A DNA stretch of 48,569 nucleotides from Cyclobacteriaceae bacterium (GCA_009885605.1 VFKK01000064.1:1-48569), one strand, 5' to 3'; shown: positions 19,718 to 29,188, counted from the stretch's first letter. Notes: generated by a model not told the origin, from the sequence alone. Made by a program: numbers and translations.

Positions 19718-21235
19718 ATGGACTACAAAAAACTGACTGCTCACGAATTAGTACAAATAAAAACCCTTGGCCAACTCAAGGCCTCTGGTTACAAATCTAA
19801 ATCCATCAAAGAAGAACTCAGAGACAATCTGATTACTAAAATCAAAGCAAAGGAAAATGTCTTCGAGGGCATTTGGGGCTTTGAGGACACTGTGATTCCT
19901 GATATTGAGCGAGCGATTCTTTCCCGACACAATATCAACCTCTTGGGTCTTCGGGGTCAGGCCAAAACCAGAATTGCACGATTGATGACTCATCTCCTGG
20001 ATGAATATGTTCCGGTAATTGAAGGTTCTGAGTTGAACGATGATCCTTTGGCACCCCTGACTACTTACTCAAAAGAACTGATCGAAAGCAAAGGAGATCA
20101 TACTCCCATTTCCTGGTGGCATCGGGCAGATCGCTATACCGAAAAGCTGGCAACACCAGATGTTTCTGTTGCAGATTTAATTGGTGACGTAGATCCAATT
20201 AAGGCAGCCACGATGAAACTGAGCTACAACGACGAGCGAGTGATTCATTATGGGTTAGTGCCAAGATCGCACCGGTCGATCTTTGTCATCAATGAATTGC
20301 CGGATTTGCAGGCCCGAATTCAGGTGGCGCTTTTCAACATTCTACAGGAGGGAGATATTCAGATCCGTGGTTTCAAACTCAGACTTCCGCTTGATATTCA
20401 GTTTGTATTTACTGCCAACCCGGAGGATTATACCAACCGAGGAAGCATCGTGACTCCGCTAAAAGATCGTATCGAAAGTCAGATCATCACGCATTATCCA
20501 AAGTCTATTGAGATAGGCCGGAGAATCACTGCGCAAGAAGCAAATCTGAAAGGAAAACCTTTGGAGAAAATTCATGTGCCGGAACTGATGAAAGACCTGG
20601 TAGAGCAGATTGCGATCGAGGCAAGAGGATCTGAGTTTGTGGATGAGAAAAGCGGCGTATCTGCCCGATTGACAATATCTGCGTACGAAAACTTGATTTC
20701 AGCTGCCGAAAGAAGGTTGTACATGAATGGAGAATCAAATACCGTGATCCGAATTGCCGACCTGATCGGAGTGATTCCGGCTATTACCGGAAAGGTGGAA
20801 CTCGTCTATGAAGGGGAACAGGAAGGTGCAGGTTTAGTAGCGTATAACCTGATCGGAAAAGCAATCCGCACTCAGTTTGTTAATTATTTCCCGTCTCCCG
20901 AGCAGAAGAAAAAGGAAAAAGGAGAAAATCCTTACGCACTTCCTTTGGAGTGGTTTGGAGAAGGAAATGCGATAGATATTTTGGCCTCACAGTCAGACAA
21001 GACTTACAAAAGCATTCTTCACCAAGTACCCGGATTGGAAAAAGTGGTCACTTCGATGGTGAAAAACCTGCCCGAAAAAGAGAAGGAGTTCTTTATGGAA
21101 TTTGCCCTTCATGGCTTGGCGGAATATTCTCAACTGAGCAAAAAACTACTTGACACCGGATTGCAATTTAAAGATCTCTTCAGCTCTATGTTTGACATGA
21201 AAGAAGAAGATGACTTTGAAGAGGATGATAATTAA
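19718..21235 (+). CDS. AAA+ ATPase (Mg-chelatase ChlI/MoxR-like)
   Basis: Variant Walker A GLRGQAKT, variant Walker B FVINE, TANPEDY and PLKDR. Confidence 0.88.
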   Translation: MDYKKLTAHELVQIKTLGQLKASGYKSKSIKEELRDNLITKIKAKENVFEGIWGFEDTVIPDIERAILSRHNINLLGLRGQAKTRIARLMTHLLDEYVPVIEGSELNDDPLAPLTTYSKELIESKGDHTPISWWHRADRYTEKLATPDVSVADLIGDVDPIKAATMKLSYNDERVIHYGLVPRSHRSIFVINELPDLQARIQVALFNILQEGDIQIRGFKLRLPLDIQFVFTANPEDYTNRGSIVTPLKDRIESQIITHYPKSIEIGRRITAQEANLKGKPLEKIHVPELMKDLVEQIAIEARGSEFVDEKSGVSARLTISAYENLISAAERRLYMNGESNTVIRIADLIGVIPAITGKVELVYEGEQEGAGLVAYNLIGKAIRTQFVNYFPSPEQKKKEKGENPYALPLEWFGEGNAIDILASQSDKTYKSILHQVPGLEKVVTSMVKNLPEKEKEFFMEFALHGLAEYSQLSKKLLDTGLQFKDLFSSMFDMKEEDDFEEDDN

Positions 21236-21238
21236 AGG

Positions 21239-21260
21239 AGAGGCGAAAGCCTCTTTTTTT
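21239..21260 (+). terminator. Intrinsic terminator
   Basis: AGAGGC-GAAA-GCCTCT followed by a T tract, just after the ATPase stop. Confidence 0.85.
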
Positions 21261-21292
21261 GTTAAATTGGATAATCAACAAATAAATAAGAG

Positions 21293-21541
21293 ATGAATAC
21301 AGCGGAGAAAAAACTAGATCTCATCAGATGGCTTGCGGAATTGAATGATTCTGAAGTTTTGGAGCAATTAGATCAAATTAAAAAAAGATCCATAGTTGAG
21401 AGATATCAAAAAACACTTCAACCAATGTCGTCTGAAGAATTAAGAGAAAGTTTAGCTGAATCTGAAGAAGATTATCGGAATGGACGAATAATTTCTCAGG
21501 AAGAATTAGAGAGAAGGATTAAAGAAGGGCGAATTTTATGA
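21293..21541 (+). CDS. Putative type II antitoxin
   Basis: 82 aa acidic protein with an EEDYRNGRIISQEEL tail typical of ParE/RelE partners; ATGA overlap with the toxin. Confidence 0.75.
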   Translation: MNTAEKKLDLIRWLAELNDSEVLEQLDQIKKRSIVERYQKTLQPMSSEELRESLAESEEDYRNGRIISQEELERRIKEGRIL

Positions 21542-21843
21542 AAATCCAATGGTCTGAAAGAGCACTAAAAGATTTGGATCATGTTTTTCAATTTTATCTT
21601 GAGTTGGCTTCATTCGAGGTAGCTCAAAAAGTAACAGGCAAACTTGCCTCAAAAGTCAGAATTTTAGAATCCTATTCGGAATTAGGGGTAGTTGAAAAAT
21701 TTGATGTAATCCTGCCTTTTGAGTATAGATCATTGATTGAGGGAGATTTCAAAATTATATACAGATTTATTCTAGAGGATAAAATGATACTAATTGCCAG
21801 AATTTTCGACACAAGAAGAGATCCCAAAAAGAAAATTATTTAA
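21538..21843 (+). CDS. RelE/ParE family toxin
   Basis: MKIQWSERALKDL...YRSLIEGDFKIIYR...IARIFDTRRDP pattern. Confidence 0.9.
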   Translation: MKIQWSERALKDLDHVFQFYLELASFEVAQKVTGKLASKVRILESYSELGVVEKFDVILPFEYRSLIEGDFKIIYRFILEDKMILIARIFDTRRDPKKKII

Positions 21844-22202
21844 TGTAGAATCACCAACAATATCCCCAACAGCGCTGGCAAACCCTGAACATAGAAGATT
21901 TTTTTGCTTGCAGTAAATGCCCCGTAAATCCCGGCAACGAGCACACAACTCAGAAAGAACAATGCCACATTATCTGCCCATACAGGATCTGAAATCAGCA
22001 AAGACCAAAACAATCCTGCCACCAAAAATCCATTGTACAATCCCTGATTTGCCGCAAGTGCCTTGGTTTTGGGAAAAAGCTCAGCTGGCATTTGACGAAA
22101 ATTTTTTCGTCCGGTTGTCTCCCAGGCAAACATCTCGAACCATAAGAAATACAAGTGAAGTGCGGCTACCAAACCAATGATAAAGTGTGAGGCGAGTTCC
22201 AT
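21840..22202 (-). CDS. DUF1304 family membrane protein
   Basis: LHLYFLWFEMFAW and ANQGLYNGFL signatures. Confidence 0.9.
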   Translation of the reverse strand: MELASHFIIGLVAALHLYFLWFEMFAWETTGRKNFRQMPAELFPKTKALAANQGLYNGFLVAGLFWSLLISDPVWADNVALFFLSCVLVAGIYGAFTASKKIFYVQGLPALLGILLVILH

Positions 22203-22234
22203 GATTTTGTTTTTATGGGATTTAATGATTTTTC

Positions 22235-22294
22235 AGTGATCAGTCTAAGTTTACAGTCTTCTACTCGGAAAACTGAAACTGGGTACTGACCACT
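22235..22294. repeat. Imperfect inverted repeat of CAGT/ACTG units in a divergent intergenic region
   Basis: AGTGATCAGT pairs with ACTGACCACT (9/10); inner AGTTTACAGT pairs with ACTGAAACT with one bulge. Confidence 0.5.
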
Positions 22295-22314
22295 TCAATT
22301 CTTACATTTACCAA

Positions 22315-23694
22315 ATGTCCGAAATCAAACTTCCTGCTGCATTTGAAACCCAAATGATTTCCCTCTTGGGAGAGGAAGAATTCGAAAAATTTAAACAGGA
22401 TATTGAAAAGCCTGCCCGAACTTCCATCCGGTTAAATGAGGCTAAAGGTTTTGTTCCCAATTGGGCAAAATCCCCGATTCCATGGTCTGGACAAGGATAT
22501 TTTCTGGAGGAGCGACCGAGTTTCACCCTTGATCCTGCCATCCATGCCGGAGCATATTACGTGCAGGAAGCCTCCTCCATGTTTATCGAGCATATTCTGA
22601 AAAGTATTGATGCTCCCAAAGGAATTTACTTGGATTTGGCAGCCGCACCGGGAGGGAAAAGCACCTTGCTTTCTTCTTATTTAGGAAATGACGGATTGCT
22701 TGTAGCCAATGAAGTAATCCAGGCGAGAGCCCAAATTCTGAAAGAAAACAGTGTGAAATGGGGGCTTGGAAACATCGTCGTTACCAACAATGACCCGGAT
22801 CATTTTGGACCGTTGGAAGGTTTTTTTGATCTGGTCTTGGTCGATGCTCCCTGCTCGGGCGAGGGGATGTTTCGCAAAGACCCGCAGGCGAGAGAAGAAT
22901 GGTCTCCGGATCATGTGCAGCTTTGCTCCTCCCGCCAAAGGCGAATCATGGACCAGGCAGGCGGATTGGTCAAAGCGGATGGTTATCTGATTTATAGCAC
23001 CTGCACTTTCAACGTTCTTGAAAACGAGGAAATGATCCGGTTTTTGACTTCAGAATTTTCATACGAACCTGTTCGAATTCCGCTCGATCCAAGCTGGGGA
23101 ATCCGTGAGACTGAAGTGAGGACAGAAGAGGCAACATTCTATGGATATCGTTTTTTCCCACATTTGGTGGAAGGGGAAGGTTTTTTTATCACCGTCCTGA
23201 AGCGTCCCGATGACGCGTTTATTTTGGAACCTGGAAGAATCAAAGACTTCAAGCATCCCGTCTTAAAGTCAGTCGGTGACAGAGAATCTGCCGCAATGGA
23301 TAATGAATTGTGGTTGGATGGCTCGGGAAAATATTACATGCTGAACGAATCATTCTTTAGAATAAACAGAGAATGGAGCCGATATTTTGAGCGGATAAGT
23401 CAGCATTTAAGTCTTCGCTATTTTGGAGTAGAGCTTGGCAAAAAGCAGAAAGATGATTGGATCCCGTCGCATGAATGGGCCTTATCCACTTTGCCAAAAA
23501 ATGGGTTTACCACTCATGAACTTACCCTTGAGGAAGCATTGGATTTTTTGAGAAAAAACGAATTTGAATTACCCGGTCTTCCGATAGGTTGGGCTCTGAT
23601 GACTTATCAAAATCTCCCATTGGGGTGGATCAAAAACCTCGGAAACAGAATCAATAATTATTATCCAAAAGAGTGGCGAATCAGGTTGAATTAA
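22315..23694 (+). CDS. rsmF: RsmF/NOL1/NOP2 family rRNA m5C methyltransferase
   Basis: YYVQEASSM, DLAAAPGGKST, VDAPCSGEGMFRK, YSTCT and C-terminal NNYYPKEWRI. Confidence 0.9.
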   Translation: MSEIKLPAAFETQMISLLGEEEFEKFKQDIEKPARTSIRLNEAKGFVPNWAKSPIPWSGQGYFLEERPSFTLDPAIHAGAYYVQEASSMFIEHILKSIDAPKGIYLDLAAAPGGKSTLLSSYLGNDGLLVANEVIQARAQILKENSVKWGLGNIVVTNNDPDHFGPLEGFFDLVLVDAPCSGEGMFRKDPQAREEWSPDHVQLCSSRQRRIMDQAGGLVKADGYLIYSTCTFNVLENEEMIRFLTSEFSYEPVRIPLDPSWGIRETEVRTEEATFYGYRFFPHLVEGEGFFITVLKRPDDAFILEPGRIKDFKHPVLKSVGDRESAAMDNELWLDGSGKYYMLNESFFRINREWSRYFERISQHLSLRYFGVELGKKQKDDWIPSHEWALSTLPKNGFTTHELTLEEALDFLRKNEFELPGLPIGWALMTYQNLPLGWIKNLGNRINNYYPKEWRIRLN

Positions 23695-23896
23695 ACCTAG
23701 AAATTCTATTCAGTGAACAGGGCAGTCGCTTGTTTTATTTAATAATGGATGGATGAACTATTTACCCGTCACTTGGCGATACCGTTCTTTTGTTCTTAAG
23801 GACAATACCGGAATTTCAAGTTTCAAATTTTAACTTTCATCTGCCAAAATCTTCTCCAACTAGTATCTTGGAGTTTCAATATTGCTATTTCTGATC

Positions 23897-25552
23897 ATGA
23901 ACCGACTTCTTCTTATTCTTATAATTTTCGTAGGTACCCAATTGCAAGCTCAGATTACTCCGAAGGCTATGACTTTTACCCGAGAGGATACCCTGAGAGG
24001 AAGTATCACTCCTGAGAGAGTTTGGTGGGATTTGCAGCAGTATCATTTGGAGGTTGAAGTAGATCCGGTGAACAAAACGATCTCCGGGATAAACACTGCG
24101 CGATATGAGGTAATTGGGGACCAGAACCGCTTTCAAATTGATTTGCAAGCTCCGATGATCTTGGAAAAAGCTTTGCAGAAAGGGAAAGAGATGAAGATCG
24201 AAAAAGTAGGAAGTGCTCATTTTATCACACTGACATCCCCTCAAAAAACCGGTGAAATTCATGAATTGGTCTTGCATTTTAGCGGGAGGCCTGTTGAAGC
24301 TGTGAGACCACCTTGGGATGGAGGGTTGACATGGAAACAAGACAGCAATGGCATGCCCTTTATTGCAAATTCAAACCAGGGAATAGGCTCCAGCATCTGG
24401 TGGCCAAACAAAGATCATCCTGCCGATGAACCGGATCAGGGAGTTTTGATTAGCGTGGAGGTTCCGGAAAACCTGATGAATGTCTCCAACGGAAGATTGC
24501 TACGAACAGAGCACAACAAAAAGAAGAGGACCAAAACCTACCATTGGGAGGTCAAAAACCCGATCAATAACTACGGCATCAACATCAACATTGGAGACTA
24601 CGTCCATTTTGGAGAAAAGTATCTTGGCGAAAAAGGGGATCTCGACATGGACTATTACGTCTTGCGGGAGAATCTGCCAAAAGCCATCAAACAATTTGCC
24701 GAGGCTTCACGGATGATGCGCGCTTTTGAGCATTGGTTTGGCCCGTATCCTTTTTATGAAGATGGGTTCAAACTCGTCGAAGTGCCCTATCTCGGGATGG
24801 AGCATCAGAGCTCGGTGACTTACGGGAATGGTTATGAAAATGGCTATCTGGGGCGGGATTTGAGTGACTCAGGTTGGGGATTGAAGTTTGACTTTATCAT
24901 CGTGCACGAGTCCGGACATGAGTGGTTTGCAAACAACATCACTAACAAGGATGTGGCGGACATGTGGGTTCACGAGGGATTTACCGCGTATTCTGAAAAT
25001 CTTTTTCTCGATTATCACTTTGGTAAAGAAGCCAGTAGCGCCTATTTACTCGGCACAAGGAAGAATATCCAAAATGACAAACCGCTGATCGGACCCTACC
25101 ATGTTAACAAAAATGGATCCTCGGACATGTATTACAAAGGTGCCAATCTCCTACATACCATTCGCCAGGTCATTAATGATGATGAGAAATGGCGACTGAT
25201 TCTGAGGGGACTGAATTCCGAGTTCTATCATCAAACCGTCACCTCAGGAGACATCGAACAATACATCTCTTCCAAATCCGGATTTGATCTCGGTGCTGTT
25301 TTTGACCAATACCTACGTGATATCAGAATACCTGTTCTCAGCTATGCGGTGAAAGGGAAGACCCTGCAATACCGATGGGAAAATGTAGTTCCCAACTTTG
25401 CCATGCCAGTAAAAATCTCAGTAAATGGCACCGATCCGATCTGGATCACACCCTCCCAAAAATGGAACTCCCTGGAACTGGATAGTGAGAAATCTCAGAT
25501 CAAAGTTGATCCTAATTTCTATGTGGGCACGCTAAATATCTCAGGTGATTGA
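23897..25552 (+). CDS. M1 family zinc aminopeptidase, exported
   Basis: LGMEHQ, HESGHEWF (HExxH), downstream HEGF and YYKG; signal peptide. Confidence 0.93.
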   Translation: MNRLLLILIIFVGTQLQAQITPKAMTFTREDTLRGSITPERVWWDLQQYHLEVEVDPVNKTISGINTARYEVIGDQNRFQIDLQAPMILEKALQKGKEMKIEKVGSAHFITLTSPQKTGEIHELVLHFSGRPVEAVRPPWDGGLTWKQDSNGMPFIANSNQGIGSSIWWPNKDHPADEPDQGVLISVEVPENLMNVSNGRLLRTEHNKKKRTKTYHWEVKNPINNYGININIGDYVHFGEKYLGEKGDLDMDYYVLRENLPKAIKQFAEASRMMRAFEHWFGPYPFYEDGFKLVEVPYLGMEHQSSVTYGNGYENGYLGRDLSDSGWGLKFDFIIVHESGHEWFANNITNKDVADMWVHEGFTAYSENLFLDYHFGKEASSAYLLGTRKNIQNDKPLIGPYHVNKNGSSDMYYKGANLLHTIRQVINDDEKWRLILRGLNSEFYHQTVTSGDIEQYISSKSGFDLGAVFDQYLRDIRIPVLSYAVKGKTLQYRWENVVPNFAMPVKISVNGTDPIWITPSQKWNSLELDSEKSQIKVDPNFYVGTLNISGD

Positions 25553-25592
25553 GGAGTGGAATGAAAATTACAGTCGGAAAAAAACGAAAGAT

Positions 25593-25659
25593 TGATAGGA
25601 AAACCTATCAGTAAGATTCATTTCGTGTGGCTAAAAAAAAATCGCCACATGTTTAAATA
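25593..25659. terminator. Two hairpins between convergent genes, possible terminators
   Basis: TGATAGG-AAAA-CCTATCA and TGTGGC...GCCACA. Confidence 0.4.
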
Positions 25660-25721
25660 CGAAAATTTCCCTAGCTAAATCCTTGGCAATTCCGAATCAT
25701 TGAGCTTGGAATTTTAACTTT

Positions 25722-27398
25722 TCAAACTCCCTTAATCTTATATATTTTTCCGTCTGCTTTGGTCATCAGGTATAGTTGGCCAGTTTTGTCCTGACCAAAT
25801 TTCAGGTCAACCCGGGGGCTGCCGCAAAGTTCTTCCAAGCCCATTTCCTTACCTTGGAATTTGATTCCCCAGGTTTCTACTTTGATATTTTTCCAATCAC
25901 TTAGATCGGCCATCAAGAGTCTTCCGGAGGGCACGTCTCCAAAGAGGAACTTACCGGCATGTGGTCCTGACTTCACAAAATACCCTCCGATGATTGCAGC
26001 AATTTCATCATGGTCCAACTGGATCAGAGGAAATACAGAGCCAAGACTACTATCATCATCAGGAAGGGAAAATACCTTGGCCATATTGCCATAAGGATTG
26101 ATGATGAAAGTCCCTTCCCGCACAGGCCAACCGTAGAATTTTCCAGGTTCGATTGCATTCAATTCTTCTACATTCTTGTGACCGATTTCTGTTGCGAGTA
26201 ATCTTCCTTGCGGATCCCAGAAAACTCGGTTGGGATTTCGGAAACCATACGCATAAACTTCTCCCTGTTTTCCTGCTTTTCCGGCAAATGGATTGTCTGT
26301 TGGAATTCCATACTTCCCGTTTTTACTGTTATTCCCAGAAGGATCTATTCTCAAAATGCTGCTCCAGATATCCGCTCCCTGATGATCTGCGATAAAAGCA
26401 TAGCCATTTTCGGCACTTCCGCCGTCACCTATCCCGATGAATAACTTTCCGTAGTCTGATTCTCCGGGTTTTGCAAAAGGGTTAAATGTGATTTCCTGCA
26501 TTCCATGGATTTGGGTTACGAAATCAATTCGAAGAAGTTCCCGACTGGTTCCCTCGAAGGTTTTAGAAGTTGGATTATCAGTTTTCCACTCAGTCAGAAC
26601 CCACTGAAGAGTTACTTTAATGCTGTCTGCATAGGCAAAGTCGGGTTTCTGAGCTTTTCCTTTTTCTGAATGGGCAGTGTAAAGCAGCCCGTTTTTCTGG
26701 AATTCAGGATGAAAAGCATAGCTGCCAAATCCTGTAGCCAGTCCCGGCTTGAACATTAGATCAGGTCGCAGGTCCCGCAGCAGAAAGTAGACCTGATGCT
26801 TCCCGTTTTTCAATTCATATAAGACGCCTCGCTGATCCTGCACAAAAGTGCGACCTGATACGGTTTCGCTTTCCAGTTTAGTGATTTTTGCCAGAGGAGG
26901 AACTGTGTCGGAAGGAGGGATTTGGGTGAGTAATTCCAGTTCCAGGCGAATACCTGAATCCGGAATCGGATCCGGAAGGGGATCATTCAGCCCTGTGGCG
27001 TCCCCTTCCTTAGGCACTTCTGAAAATGTATGCAGATAGCTTAGCAAAGCGTCAAAATCCTTTTCCTGAAGTTGAGGTGAAGCAGGCATGTAAGCCTTGA
27101 ATTGTGCATAAAGCTCAGTAGCACGGACGTCACCTTTTTCGATCATTTCCTGCGGATTCTTGACAAATTCCCGAATCCATTGAGAATCAACCCTGCGTGT
27201 AAGACCGCTTAGGTTAGGGCCTATGGTGGCTTGCTGGAAGTTGTGGCAGGAGCTGCAATACTGATTGAAAATGGCTCTTCCGGCTACGATCTGTTCCGGA
27301 TTTATGCTGATATCAGAGCCGTATTTTTCATTTTCACTTTGCTTGCAAGAAAAAACAAAAACAAATAGAAGGGGAAGTAGAAGTGCCGAATTTTTCAT
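25722..27398 (-). CDS. Cytochrome c fused to a glucose/sorbosone dehydrogenase-like (PQQ) beta-propeller; lipoprotein
   Basis: Lipobox VFSC, CSSCH haem motif, IGPNL, YMP axial Met, and GDGG, ILRID and YAYGFRNP; alternative GTG start at 27404. Confidence 0.88.
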   Translation of the reverse strand: MKNSALLLPLLFVFVFSCKQSENEKYGSDISINPEQIVAGRAIFNQYCSSCHNFQQATIGPNLSGLTRRVDSQWIREFVKNPQEMIEKGDVRATELYAQFKAYMPASPQLQEKDFDALLSYLHTFSEVPKEGDATGLNDPLPDPIPDSGIRLELELLTQIPPSDTVPPLAKITKLESETVSGRTFVQDQRGVLYELKNGKHQVYFLLRDLRPDLMFKPGLATGFGSYAFHPEFQKNGLLYTAHSEKGKAQKPDFAYADSIKVTLQWVLTEWKTDNPTSKTFEGTSRELLRIDFVTQIHGMQEITFNPFAKPGESDYGKLFIGIGDGGSAENGYAFIADHQGADIWSSILRIDPSGNNSKNGKYGIPTDNPFAGKAGKQGEVYAYGFRNPNRVFWDPQGRLLATEIGHKNVEELNAIEPGKFYGWPVREGTFIINPYGNMAKVFSLPDDDSSLGSVFPLIQLDHDEIAAIIGGYFVKSGPHAGKFLFGDVPSGRLLMADLSDWKNIKVETWGIKFQGKEMGLEELCGSPRVDLKFGQDKTGQLYLMTKADGKIYKIKGV

Positions 27399-27528
27399 CG
27401 ACACTAATTAGTTGCTTTTATCTGGAGAAGGCAAATTTTTCATCCAAATCCATTCAATTGACGATAGAAACAAACAGTAAAGAACCGAAAAACAAGGCTT
27501 TAAATAAAAGGAAGTTTTGTATGATTGA

Positions 27529-28800
27529 TCAGGAAATCAATCCATCCTCTTTGGCATCCCAGGTCACCACTTCATCATCCAGATAGTGAGGATAGATCCT
27601 GCGATGTTGCTTTTTCACTTCTGTGATTAAAGCCTGACGGAAACCTTCCACATTTCCACCGCTTGCAGCAGCCATGAAGACAGGCTTGATTCCGTTTTTC
27701 TTTTCGTAAAAATCCGACAAGGCTTTAAAATCCACGTATCTCGTCTCGGCGAGTTCGATCTCTGTCATCTTCATGCTCTCCTCTTCGGAAGGCATCGTTT
27801 CGACCAGATCTATTTTGTTGAAAACCAGAAGGATGGGCTTGTCTCCTGCCTTGATATCATTCAATGTCTGGGTGACTACTGCGATATGGTCTTCGAAATG
27901 AGGATGAGAGATATCCACTACGTGAACCAGCAAATCTGCCTCGCGAATCTCATCCAAGGTGGATTTGAAAGACTCAATCAGGTGAGTTGGGAGTTTTCGG
28001 ATAAAACCAACCGTGTCTGAGAGCAGAAAAGGCACATTTTCGAGCACCACTTTACGGACCGTTGAGTCAACGGTGGCGAATAATTTGTTTTCGGCGAGAA
28101 TATCAGTCTTGGTGATCAGGTTCATCAGCGTGCTTTTCCCCACGTTGGTATATCCGACCAGGGCCACACGGACTACGCCTTTTCGGCTTTTCCGCTGGGT
28201 TTCACCTTGTATGTCAATTTCTTTTAGCCTTTCCTTAAGCAGAGATATTTTGGTTCGGATGTCACGCTTATCTGTTTCGATTTCCTTTTCACCAGAACCA
28301 CCTCTTGTTCCCGTTCCGCCACGCTGACGCTCCAGGTGAGTCCACATTCGGGTCAATCGGGGAAGCAAATATTGAAATCTTGCGAGTTCTACTTGGGTCT
28401 TAGCCTGGGCAGATTGGGCCCGCTTGAGGAAAATATCCAGGATGAGAAGGGAGCGATCGTAAATTTTGACTTTGAGCTCATCCTCCAGGTTTCTCATTTG
28501 TGAGGGAGAAAGGTCATCATCGAAAATCACCATATCCACTTCAAAATGAGTGATGTATGCCAGAATTTCTTCCAATTTTCCTTTGCCAACGAAGGTTCGA
28601 ATATCAGGGCGCTCCATTTTTTGAGTGAAGCGATAGACTGCCTTCGCGCCGAGAGTTTCAGCCAGAAAAGCTAATTCCTCCAGATGTTCTTCCGTCTCCA
28701 TAGTACTTTGATTTTGTCGGATGACAGTCACCAATATTGCGGTTTCCTCCTTTGGGGAAGTCTCGTGAAGTTTCTGAAGTTTTCTGGAAATTTTACTCAT
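27529..28800 (-). CDS. hflX: Ribosome-splitting GTPase HflX
   Basis: GYTNVGKST, LFATVD, DTVGFI, NKID and QVELA..QYLLPRL. Confidence 0.98.
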   Translation of the reverse strand: MSKISRKLQKLHETSPKEETAILVTVIRQNQSTMETEEHLEELAFLAETLGAKAVYRFTQKMERPDIRTFVGKGKLEEILAYITHFEVDMVIFDDDLSPSQMRNLEDELKVKIYDRSLLILDIFLKRAQSAQAKTQVELARFQYLLPRLTRMWTHLERQRGGTGTRGGSGEKEIETDKRDIRTKISLLKERLKEIDIQGETQRKSRKGVVRVALVGYTNVGKSTLMNLITKTDILAENKLFATVDSTVRKVVLENVPFLLSDTVGFIRKLPTHLIESFKSTLDEIREADLLVHVVDISHPHFEDHIAVVTQTLNDIKAGDKPILLVFNKIDLVETMPSEEESMKMTEIELAETRYVDFKALSDFYEKKNGIKPVFMAAASGGNVEGFRQALITEVKKQHRRIYPHYLDDEVVTWDAKEDGLIS

Positions 28801-28855
28801 ATCAAATGCGGGCTATTTTGCTTTAATGAATCAGAAGGGGAATAAGTTTCCAGTC

Positions 28856-28901
28856 AGACCAAAAACGGAGAATATTGGTCTATCAGACCTCCGTATTCTC
28901 C
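28856..28901 (-). promoter_or_regulatory. Structured hflX leader with mutually exclusive hairpins, candidate attenuator
   Basis: On the mRNA strand, GGAGAAUA..GGUCU-GAU-AGACC..UAUUCUCC is followed by GUUUUU; alternative pairings AGACCAA/UUGGUCU and ACGGAG/CUCCGU. Confidence 0.5.
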
Positions 28902-29188
28902 CTTGACTTTGGGCAAAGTTCGGGATAATTCCTTAGAATTGATCAGGATACAGTGACCGGCCGTGGATATTTTGCGTAGAAGTAAGGTCAGATACTTTGC
29001 TGTATCACTTAATTGATTAAGTCCTTTCCTCCAAAATTGAAAAAGTTTTCTTTATTCATATTCCAGGAACCAAAAGACTTTACTTCTTTCGATTACTTTG
29101 CCAAAATAGAAGTCCCAGTCAATTTATACAGTGAGATTTTTTGGCGAACTTTACATGATTTTATGGCAAATAGTAACACCGGGTTTTA

